This document shows positions 10,437-19,025 of a DNA stretch of 64,000 nt, piece by piece. This DNA is from a virus. The notes below the pieces were generated by a model, which worked only from the letters and a program-made list of their open reading frames with translations, searched no databases and had not been told where the DNA came from. Position numbers and translations under genes: made by a program. Location: IMG/VR virus record IMGVR_UViG_3300042462_000689; one strand, given 5' to 3'. Every line of letters begins with the position of its first letter. Position 1 is the first letter of the stretch.

Positions 10437-13400
10437 ATGAGTGAAAAACTACAAAGCCCCACGCCCGCCCCTGGCGAAATTGAAATCGGCATGCCGACCA
10501 GCCTTGTCGCCCGCAATAAAAAGGTGGGGGATCGGCTGCTGGTCGCCGGCGAGGGCAAAATCCCGGCCGAGATCATGTTCGTGGCTACGGCGGTGGATGA
10601 GGACGAGGCCGTGGACCATATCAAGGGCTCCTACGGGCGCACCATCCCTCAGCGCGCCCGGTATCTGAAGGGAGCCGCCGGATGCATCCTCTCGGACATC
10701 CTGGCCTCCATCGGCATTGACATCTACGACCACTACTACACGGCGGTCATCAAATGGCTGCTGCCTCGACAGGATCGCAATCGCCCCAAGCAGACGCTCG
10801 TCGCGCAATCCATGCCCATCCTGCTGGACGAGATCAAACGGGTGCAGCCGAAGATCATAGTCACGTTCGGCAAGGTGGCATTCGATGCCGTGTTTCCGAA
10901 CCGGATGAAATTCGACTCGGTGAGGGCGGGCTGGTTCTACTCCGAGCAGCACGAGGCCAAAATCTTTGTGATGCAGGATGTCAGGAAGCCGGTTTATGAG
11001 CCGGCGCAAATCGAGGCGTTCCGCATGGAGCTGCTGGAATTGCGCAAGATGCTGGATGAGACCAGGGGAATTGAAGTGGTCAAATCGCCGGAGGATTACC
11101 AAATCATCTCCACACCAGACCAATTGGTTGAGTTCACCAAAATGCTCGCCGGGGAGAAACAGCATCTCCTATCGGTGGACTGCGAGTTCGGCGGCAGGAA
11201 TCACGTCGATGGGAGGCTGCGCTCGCTGCAAATGGAATGGACGCCAGGACGGGCACGCTATATCCGGCTGATGGATGACAAGCTGAACATTGCCTTCCCA
11301 GGGGGATACGAGGCTGCCGGTCAAATCCTCCAACCGCATTGCAATGACCCCAAGACCAAATACATCGGCTACCATATCTCCGCGGATTTGCCGTGGATGC
11401 ATACGTGGTTGGGCTTGGACTGGTATCAAAAGGCAATGATCGATGTGGAAGGTGCGCAGCAGGTGCTCGATGAGAATGCCGAATTGGGATTGGAGAGGCT
11501 GGCGTTGCAATACACAGCACTGGGACGCTACGACATCCCATTGGAGCTTTGGAAGTTGGATAATCGGGAGAAGGTCTCGGACGACCTGGGCTACCTGCTG
11601 ATCCCGGACGAGATCCTCGTGCCCTACGCATTAAAGGATGTGTCTGCGCCGATGATCGCCGCCCCACAGATCATCAAGCGCCTGATGTCCGACAAGACCT
11701 GGGAGTATTACCGGGACTACCGGCATCACCTCGTCACAGACATCTTCACGCAATTTGCTTTGCTGGGACTGCCAATTAATAAAGCTAAAATAGATATCCT
11801 CCGCGACCTCTACAGCTACGCGCGTGAGCTGCTGGAGAAGAAATTCATCCACGAGTTGCGGATTGAGTCCGGGCAATTGCTGCTGAAGGCGATGCTCTCC
11901 GCATCCAAGGACCCGAAATGCTTTGGCGTGTATCAGGAGATCCTGACCATGGCGGCTGAGGGCCATCACGTGGAGGCGGAGGCGCGGTTGAAGGAGTTCG
12001 TGATGCCTGATCTTGATCTGATCAAGCATACGACATCCAAACAGGATTTTGAGATGGCAAAGGCCATGGCCGCGGAGACGGAGAAGAAAGTACTGCCGGC
12101 GCTGCATCATTTCCTGGAAGCCCCCAATTTCAATGTGCGGTCGGCGGACTGCAAGAAGCGGTGGCTGTTCGACGTCAAAGGCATGACGCCCGTAAAGACC
12201 ACCAATCGCAAGGAGGCGGGGCTGCCATCAATTCCATGGAGCCGCGTGCAGAATCTGCCGCCCCACATCGCGGCGCAATACGCCCCGGCCTGCGACAAGC
12301 AGACGCTCAAGATGCTGGCGGATGACACGCAGGATGCATTGCTGCGGCGGATGCTGGACATGCTCGCCGTGGGCAATATTGCGAAGTCATGCTTCAAGCA
12401 GCCGCAGGTGGATGAGTTTACGGGGGAGATCGTGAAGGAGAATGGGTTGCACACCTGGATTGCGGGCGATGGGTACATCCATCCAAATAATTCTGTGACT
12501 GAAACGGGGCGTCCTCGGGGTTGGAAGCCAAACTACTTAAACTGGGCCAAATATATTCATAAAGGCGTGGCTCGGGGGATTGCTGAGGTATTGAAGGAGC
12601 AGCATGATATCGGCGAATTGCCCGAGAAATTTCAAGTGTTCCTGGATCCAGATGCGATCCCAAGCGTGCGTAGTATTGTAGATGTTACGGAACTGCCTCC
12701 GCTCGAAGGGTCCGTTGGCTGGTGCTTTAGTGACAGCGATTTCGCTACGGCAGAAATTAGATCTATGGCGTTTTTGAGCGGGGATGAGAACCTGATCCGC
12801 TTGATGACGGAACCGGACGATCAGTTTGGGTTGGCAAAAGTGAAGGATAAAAAGCATTCGATTCGTTTGCGTTATGCTTCCGACTGCGGCATTGATGAAA
12901 AGAACTGGAGATCTGAATTCATTCTGACTTCAGCGACCAATGGAAAAATAGAGGCGCGTGTCTCGTGGGCTGAATTGCTGCGCAAAGATGGAAAGCTAAT
13001 TCATCCGCCACATGATTTGCACTGGTCACTGGTGGAGTGGGTGCAAAACAATCCACGCGAACTGTTCGACGCCGAGATCGATCGCGGCGGCACGGGCAAG
13101 CCAGGGAATTTCTGCATCGCCGAAGATGAACTCGTGCTGACCGGTCGCGGGTGGATAGCAATTCAGAATGTTCTTGGTTGCGATGTCCTATGGGACGGCG
13201 TAGCGTGGGTCCATCATGAAGGACTCAAATACAACGGAATTGCTGAAGTGCGAAACTACCAGGGATTGCGCGCGACCGACGGACACGAAGTTTGGGATCG
13301 AGACGGAAGAAAAATCTACTTCGGGCAGGCGCGCACACAACAAATTGAACTTGCCTCAATTGGTGGAGCGGGCCAAAAAATTGAATGTGCCTGGCCTGAT

Positions 13401-14696
13401 AGTTTTCCCCGAAACGATTCACAGAACGGGGTCGGGATACTTTCACCTGATGACGCAATGCACTTTGTGCGGAAAACAACTGGAGAAAGAGATCCGGAAT
13501 TTGGAGCAGGGTTTTTCCAGCAAGTGCCATTGTCAGAGGCTGGGGGCGCGTGCGGCGTACGGCGTAGCGCGACCGTTGACGAAGACGCTCGGCACTCGAT
13601 ACAATGCGATGATGCAGCGCTGCTACAAAGACACGCACGTGTCGTCGTACAATTACAAGATGCGCGGCATTCAAGTGTTGTTCAAATCTCGCCGGGATTT
13701 TGTGACGTGGGCGTTGGAGAAATGGCCGGAGGAGACATTCAAGAAAAAGGACTTCGACAGGATCGACAACGACGGACATTACTCGAAAGAGAATCTTCGG
13801 TTGGTGGATCGTCGGACGAATTTGTTGAATCGGAGAAGACCCAAAGATGTGGACATTCAGACCGCACGGGACTTCATGGCACGGCATCCCGAGGTGAATT
13901 ACACGGCGACCACGTGCTACGGGTTATTCCGGCTGGGCATGAGCGAGTATCAAATACTGGAACGCCACAGGAACAGCAGCAAGGCAGGGTGGAGAAAGTC
14001 AGGGTCTACGACATCATAAACGCGGGGCCGCGAAATAGGTTTGTGTGCTCCGGGATACTTGTGTCGAATTCCACCTCGTACGGAGCTACAGCGAGCACGC
14101 TGGATCGTCAAATCAAAGCCATCATTGGCAAGTCACCACCAGAAGGCACAGGGCAAGGTATTTTGGATGCCCTTCGACGCAGACAGCCCGTGGCGGTGGA
14201 ATGGCTGGAGGCGCTTGCGGAAATACCAGGATCACAATATCCGGAATACCAATTGGAGTCGGGGCAGAAGCGAAGGTTCCATGCCCACCGTTCATTTGTT
14301 CGAGGGATGGATGAAAGGACCAAGAACAGCATCCTCTCCGGATTGAGCAGACAGGCGCGAAATTTTCCGAACCAAGCCATCGTGGCCGATACATCGACGA
14401 AAGCGGTGAAGAATCTGATGGCGTATTACCGGCAGTATGGATTTCGGTCCTACCCGCTGGTGATTTTATACGACTCCGTGGTGAGCTGTGGTCCCGTGGA
14501 AGAGCGGTTCCATGTGGCAGCGGCGCATCAGCGATTCATGACGACGGAAAACTGCTGGCATAACCACGGTAGGACTTGGAATTTTCCGATCGACACCGGC
14601 TTCACATTGGCGTGGGGATCGAAGCCCTCAGATGATATGAAAAAGAAACTCAACGACAAGACTTGGCACAGCGAGGCCCCATGGCTCAAGCTCTGA
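10437..14696 (+). CDS. polA: Family A DNA polymerase with N-terminal UDG-like domain, 3'-5' exonuclease and an intein
   Basis: UDG-family-4-like N-terminus (GEGKIPAEIMFV...EIKRVQPKIIVTFGKVA); Exo I VDCE, Exo II YHISAD, Exo III YALKD; motif A DSDFATAEIR; motif B K..NF/STSYG interrupted by intein; motif C LYDS. Confidence 0.9.
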   Translation: MSEKLQSPTPAPGEIEIGMPTSLVARNKKVGDRLLVAGEGKIPAEIMFVATAVDEDEAVDHIKGSYGRTIPQRARYLKGAAGCILSDILASIGIDIYDHYYTAVIKWLLPRQDRNRPKQTLVAQSMPILLDEIKRVQPKIIVTFGKVAFDAVFPNRMKFDSVRAGWFYSEQHEAKIFVMQDVRKPVYEPAQIEAFRMELLELRKMLDETRGIEVVKSPEDYQIISTPDQLVEFTKMLAGEKQHLLSVDCEFGGRNHVDGRLRSLQMEWTPGRARYIRLMDDKLNIAFPGGYEAAGQILQPHCNDPKTKYIGYHISADLPWMHTWLGLDWYQKAMIDVEGAQQVLDENAELGLERLALQYTALGRYDIPLELWKLDNREKVSDDLGYLLIPDEILVPYALKDVSAPMIAAPQIIKRLMSDKTWEYYRDYRHHLVTDIFTQFALLGLPINKAKIDILRDLYSYARELLEKKFIHELRIESGQLLLKAMLSASKDPKCFGVYQEILTMAAEGHHVEAEARLKEFVMPDLDLIKHTTSKQDFEMAKAMAAETEKKVLPALHHFLEAPNFNVRSADCKKRWLFDVKGMTPVKTTNRKEAGLPSIPWSRVQNLPPHIAAQYAPACDKQTLKMLADDTQDALLRRMLDMLAVGNIAKSCFKQPQVDEFTGEIVKENGLHTWIAGDGYIHPNNSVTETGRPRGWKPNYLNWAKYIHKGVARGIAEVLKEQHDIGELPEKFQVFLDPDAIPSVRSIVDVTELPPLEGSVGWCFSDSDFATAEIRSMAFLSGDENLIRLMTEPDDQFGLAKVKDKKHSIRLRYASDCGIDEKNWRSEFILTSATNGKIEARVSWAELLRKDGKLIHPPHDLHWSLVEWVQNNPRELFDAEIDRGGTGKPGNFCIAEDELVLTGRGWIAIQNVLGCDVLWDGVAWVHHEGLKYNGIAEVRNYQGLRATDGHEVWDRDGRKIYFGQARTQQIELASIGGAGQKIECAWPDSFPRNDSQNGVGILSPDDAMHFVRKTTGERDPEFGAGFFQQVPLSEAGGACGVRRSATVDEDARHSIQCDDAALLQRHARVVVQLQDARHSSVVQISPGFCDVGVGEMAGGDIQEKGLRQDRQRRTLLERESSVGGSSDEFVESEKTQRCGHSDRTGLHGTASRGELHGDHVLRVIPAGHERVSNTGTPQEQQQGRVEKVRVYDIINAGPRNRFVCSGILVSNSTSYGATASTLDRQIKAIIGKSPPEGTGQGILDALRRRQPVAVEWLEALAEIPGSQYPEYQLESGQKRRFHAHRSFVRGMDERTKNSILSGLSRQARNFPNQAIVADTSTKAVKNLMAYYRQYGFRSYPLVILYDSVVSCGPVEERFHVAAAHQRFMTTENCWHNHGRTWNFPIDTGFTLAWGSKPSDDMKKKLNDKTWHSEAPWLKL
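13113..14069 (+). mobile_element. Intein (319 aa) in PolA motif B
   Basis: Starts CIAEDELVLT (block A), ATDGHEVW (block B TxxH), ends KVRVYDIINAGPRNRFVCSGILVSN followed by extein Ser; removal restores GKPGNF-STSYGA. Confidence 0.92.
13216..14019 (+). CDS. HNH/His-Me finger homing endonuclease nested out of frame (+1) inside the intein
   Basis: CTLCG..CHC Zn motif, RYNAMMQRCY...YKMRGIQV, DRIDNDGHYSKENLRLVDRRTNLLN; true start uncertain. Confidence 0.85.
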   Translation: MKDSNTTELLKCETTRDCARPTDTKFGIETEEKSTSGRRAHNKLNLPQLVERAKKLNVPGLIVFPETIHRTGSGYFHLMTQCTLCGKQLEKEIRNLEQGFSSKCHCQRLGARAAYGVARPLTKTLGTRYNAMMQRCYKDTHVSSYNYKMRGIQVLFKSRRDFVTWALEKWPEETFKKKDFDRIDNDGHYSKENLRLVDRRTNLLNRRRPKDVDIQTARDFMARHPEVNYTATTCYGLFRLGMSEYQILERHRNSSKAGWRKSGSTTS

Positions 14697-14767
14697 ACCC
14701 CCGGAATCACAGGTAGGAAAAATCAGTAAATCAGTCAGTAAACCAAACAACAAAAACAAAAAAACAG

Positions 14768-16618
14768 ATGAGTAACCAAGCACCAACAGCACCACACGCC
14801 CCCGGATCAGCACCCACAGCACCCGGCGGCCCTGAAAAGAAAAAGTTCAAGAAGACAGGCAACGAGTTCGTCGACGGCCTGAACGACTTCGACTTCGAGT
14901 TAGGAACGCGGTTCTTCCAGGATCACGTCCTCGGCGCCACCCCCAGCGGCAAGTTCGCCGTGGATGGTCGCATCCTGCCAGCGCGGAATCCTGCGCTGAT
15001 CGGAAAGCCCGAATACGCGACGTCCTACATTCCGTATCGCCACTGCAATACGGCGAACCTCGTGGACCAATCGCTGCTCGACGCGGATCGCAATGTACCC
15101 AAGACGACAAATTTCTTCGTCGGGATGCTGGCCGTCCGCAGGTACGGCAGCAATGCGCCCCGGCATGACATCGTCTCTCCACGCACGCGAAAGGTGTATC
15201 CGGGATTCAAGGCCGGTCCGGATGATCTGGCCTGTCCGTTCATTGACATTCGCGCTTACGCCAAGAAACTGGCGGAGGATGACGAGTCGCTGGAGCATCT
15301 CTTGGAGGGTGATTTCGCCAATAAGATCGATCCCATCATTCCCAAGGTGAAGACGTTCTTGCTTTGCAATATGTGGGGCCTGGTCGGCACGGATGCCCAT
15401 CGCAACAATGCCTCGGAGAACTTCCTGGGCTACCTCACGGACTACGGGTTCAAGAACATGCTCGACCGGCTGACGTTCCCGCCGCAATACGGCACCACAT
15501 CCCGCGATCCCAATTTCCCTGAGTTCATGCTCGGGGACATCACGGATCCGAAGACCGGCCTTTGGGCCTGGGGGCAGCAGGTGCAGGAAGGCGTGACGAC
15601 CCCGTGGTCGTGGACGTTCTCCAAGAGCCCCAACACGCTGGATGGTAGCTCGGTCGTCGCGATGACGGACGAAATCTTGGCGAAGCGGTATGCACTGGAT
15701 CACACGCTGTTCAACATCCTGTCGTATCAGGAGATCGTGGACATCATCTGCGAGGACAAATCCATCCCGCACCGGTTCGTGGAGACGGCGTGCGCGCACA
15801 GGGCAAAGGTCACGGCGTACAAGGAGAACACCACATACTCGTTCGGCAATCCGGCGGCAAATGGCCCGAGTGCCGCGCCCGCAGGAAAGCTCTACTACGT
15901 GTTCAACGCAGGAGTGACGGATCCGACGCCGGTGACGCTCGCGCAGATCGTGGTGGTACTGCAGACCAAGCCGCAGGCGATGTTCTGTGAGAAGGGCAAG
16001 CAGGAATGGCAGACGGCGCAGCAGGTGCTGGCGTCCATGGTTCCCGCTGGTCCGGTCAATCAAGGCCCTCCGACCCCTCCGGCGGCCCCGCAATTGCCGA
16101 CTCCGCCGCAGGCTCCCTCGGCGCCCACGCCTCCGGTTCAGCCGACAGCGCCCACGCCACCGCCGCAACCAGCAGCCCCCGCCCCGCAACGGCCGGCCCC
16201 GCCGACGCCGCCAGCAGAGCCGACACCAGCCCCAGTCACACCCGCGGATACGCGGATGTTCTGGGTGTCGCAGGCCGGGAAGATGAGCGATGGATGTGTG
16301 AATGTCGCCGCCGCAAAGGATGTGGCGGCCAATGCACCGAAGGCTCTGTTCTGCGAGGATGGAACGGAGAAGTGGCAGACGGCCGCGCAGCTCGGATGGG
16401 CAGCAGCCCCCGCCGCAGCGCCCCAGCCGCCCACAGGTCCCACAGCCCCGCAGGCACCGGCGGCAGCCCCCGCAGAGGCAGCCCCCAACGGCATGACTCC
16501 TGAGGAGGCCGCGGAATACGATCAGCTCACCGCGGCGCTCGCCGTGCCGGGCGTGGTGCCTCAGATGGACCAGGTGACGCGCCTGATGGCGCTGGAGCAG
16601 AAGAAGTCCGGGAAGTAG
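14768..16618 (+). CDS. Putative ssDNA-binding/replication scaffold protein with Pro/Ala-rich linkers and two GYF_2-like modules
   Basis: Globular N-terminal ~350 aa, then two related modules ending MFCEKGKQEWQTA / LFCEDGTEKWQTA separated by Pro-rich linkers; position after polymerase; SSB role is inference. Confidence 0.45.
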   Translation: MSNQAPTAPHAPGSAPTAPGGPEKKKFKKTGNEFVDGLNDFDFELGTRFFQDHVLGATPSGKFAVDGRILPARNPALIGKPEYATSYIPYRHCNTANLVDQSLLDADRNVPKTTNFFVGMLAVRRYGSNAPRHDIVSPRTRKVYPGFKAGPDDLACPFIDIRAYAKKLAEDDESLEHLLEGDFANKIDPIIPKVKTFLLCNMWGLVGTDAHRNNASENFLGYLTDYGFKNMLDRLTFPPQYGTTSRDPNFPEFMLGDITDPKTGLWAWGQQVQEGVTTPWSWTFSKSPNTLDGSSVVAMTDEILAKRYALDHTLFNILSYQEIVDIICEDKSIPHRFVETACAHRAKVTAYKENTTYSFGNPAANGPSAAPAGKLYYVFNAGVTDPTPVTLAQIVVVLQTKPQAMFCEKGKQEWQTAQQVLASMVPAGPVNQGPPTPPAAPQLPTPPQAPSAPTPPVQPTAPTPPPQPAAPAPQRPAPPTPPAEPTPAPVTPADTRMFWVSQAGKMSDGCVNVAAAKDVAANAPKALFCEDGTEKWQTAAQLGWAAAPAAAPQPPTGPTAPQAPAAAPAEAAPNGMTPEEAAEYDQLTAALAVPGVVPQMDQVTRLMALEQKKSGK

Positions 16619-16633
16619 GCAGTTGAATCAAAC

Positions 16634-16672
16634 AAGCAGGCCGGGTCCGAACCCCGCGCCTGCTTTTCTTTT
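16634..16672 (+). terminator. Intrinsic terminator
   Basis: AAGCAGGC...GCCTGCTT stem followed by TTCTTTTT. Confidence 0.7.
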
Positions 16673-16681
16673 TGCAGATAA

Positions 16682-17962
16682 ATGACATTCAAAGAATTAC
16701 AAGCGAAAGCCACCCCAGGAGAATGGTATCTCGGGGTGGGCACGCAATATTGCTTTCATTCCGGAAACCGGGTGGCAATGTGCGTGGGATTTGAGGAGGG
16801 AGGAGAGCAAAGCGAATGCACACTCGCGGAGTTTTGGCCGGCGGATCACGACAAGGATATCATCGACGCGCAATTGATGCTGCACTGCCGGAAGCATTTC
16901 GCCAAGGCCCTGCAGGCGCTGGAGGACATGACAGGAGCCATGCAGGTCATGTGGGAGGCCCTGCCGGATGATGCGACCGAGGAGCAGGAGGAGGACTTCA
17001 CTGGATTGAACGAGGCGCAGCAAATTCTCAAAGAAGCAAAGGAGATCAAATGACATTCAATGAATTGATGAAGAATGCGGTGATTCTGCCGCTAACCGTG
17101 GAGATGGAAAAGGGTATCGGAAATATGTGGGAGCCGACCATCTACCAGAGGAATGCTCACCCAGACAGGCAGTGGGTGGCCGATCTGCCGAAATGGCCGA
17201 GCGAAACTCCGCCGCCGCTGGCTGACCTCATCGTCCATTGCGTGAACAACTTCACGTCTTTGATGGAGGCTCTGACGGACTGCGCTGCCGCACTCCAGCC
17301 GAGTCGAAACCAAGAGGAGCGAGAAGCTCTGGCGAAAGCGTGCGTCGCGCTGGCGATGGCAAAGGAGGTCAAATGACGAACAACACACTGGAGATTGGCG
17401 ACTGCAACGAGCATGACGCCTTCATTGAAAACGACGCCGGGTGGGATGTGGCTATTTTGAGCCGCTACACCAAGCTGTCCAAGGGGGTCGGATGCGACGA
17501 GCATGTCCCGCAGCTCCTCACTGATGAGCAGTGGCAGGCTCTCGTGGATTGCGTGGATGCATGCCTGAAACAATACAAAGCTCCCACAGAGGAGAAGGAG
17601 ACCAAATGACATTCAATGAATTGAGCGCGCGGGCGACGCCGCGACCCTATCACACAGACGGCGACGGGCAGATTTATGGACTCAATCCAGAGTTCGACCC
17701 GACCGACCTGCAGACGCACGATGAAATACTCATTGCGGATGTGGCGCCGGAGAACGTGGCGCTTACGGAATATGATGCGGATAACGCGGCCTTCCTTGTG
17801 CATTGCGCGAACCATTTTGAAACGCTGGTGGTAGCGCTGCAGGCATGCCGTAAAGCGCTGGAGGACCACGTCCAATACGAGGACGACGAAGAGGGCAGTG
17901 CAGAGGGTGACGCCTTCAGGTTGACGGAGAAGGCCCTCAAAGAAGCACAGGAGGTCAAATGA
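16682..17962 (+). CDS. Array of Ead/Ea22-like paralogs (16682..17053, 17050..17376, 17606..17962) plus intervening ORF 17373..17609
   Basis: Shared start MTF(K/N)EL, ATP(G/R)xW/Y in two copies, shared end (A)KE(I/V)K, ATGA overlaps. Confidence 0.6.
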
Positions 17963-18640
17963 GCTACACGCTGACAATGACAAGCGATGAGTTTGGTTCA
18001 GAGGACTTCGGTCCCTACGCCAATATGAAGGATGCGCTGGCAGCACAGGCGCGCATCTTGAAAAAAGCGGAGAAATTGAAGGACGGGATCGTCAGGTCAT
18101 TTACCATCCAACCAGAGGACTCCCAATGACCCATCCGGAAGCAATGGACCTAGCGGTGCGCTGCAGGTTGTCCGGGAGCGATGCCGACGCCGTCTATATG
18201 GCAACAAACACACCCGATGGTGAATTAACGCGGTCAGGTATCATCATAAAGCGGATGGCTATCACGCTTGGCGAACTGACCAAGAAAACGACCACCGAGG
18301 AGCAAATCAAATGACCATGCCTAAATCCAAAATCAAGGCACGCCTCGAATACCTACGGGGAGAGTTGCGCGCGGAACGAATCAGCTATGGCGAAATCGCG
18401 GAGCTTGCAGACCTGGCGGAGCACATCGCCCCCGGAGACGTGGAATTGCTGGAGGCGGCAGGAATCCCGGAATTTTCGAAGAAGCGGGATTACAAAAGGC
18501 AATACATGGGAGTGACCATTGACCGGGCTGGACGAAACAGCAGCGGCATCCGATGGACGGCGCTGGGAACTGACGGCTATCTTCGGGCTGACACGCTGGC
18601 AGGCATCAAACAACTGATCAAAAAGAATAAAACCAAATGA
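17959..18640 (+). CDS. Three small hypothetical ORFs (17959..18129, 18126..18314, 18311..18640)
   Basis: ATGA-overlapped chain; 17959..18129 (56 aa) found by manual translation. Confidence 0.55.
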
Positions 18641-18990
18641 GTGATTCAAACCAGGGACATGTAGTCCCCAAACACTACGACAAGAAAGTGCAGCCGTGGG
18701 ATCTGCAGAAATGCATGGAGAGTTCGGGCAATGCCTTCGTGGATTCCCGCAGGACGGACGCCATTGAATATTGTTTCCGCAACAAGGGAGACATGCTGGG
18801 CGATTTGCGAAAGGCCCGGCATTGCATTGATGCGGCGATCGAGGTGCTGGAGCTGCCGCCGCCGCTGACGAAAGCCGAGGAAGAGGAGAAAGCCAGGATT
18901 ACGGCAGCCCTGTCAGTGCCTGGCTGCGTGCCGGTAATGGCGGATGTCAGTCGCCTCATGGATCTGATATTCAAGCAGCATGGAAAGTAA
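18637..18990 (+). CDS. DUF3310-like protein (T7 gp1.7 nucleotide-kinase-related family)
   Basis: PKHY..VQPWD...AIEYCFR.K...[10 protein letters not shown] pattern. Confidence 0.6.
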   Translation: MSDSNQGHVVPKHYDKKVQPWDLQKCMESSGNAFVDSRRTDAIEYCFRNKGDMLGDLRKARHCIDAAIEVLELPPPLTKAEEEEKARITAALSVPGCVPVMADVSRLMDLIFKQHGK

Positions 18991-19025
18991 TTCGAATCCA
19001 CCCCCACGTACAACCCAAAAACCAA

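Noticed and set aside
13225-13887. Third, antisense open frame across the intein/HNH overlap
   Set aside because: No motifs; expected by-product of two constrained sense frames
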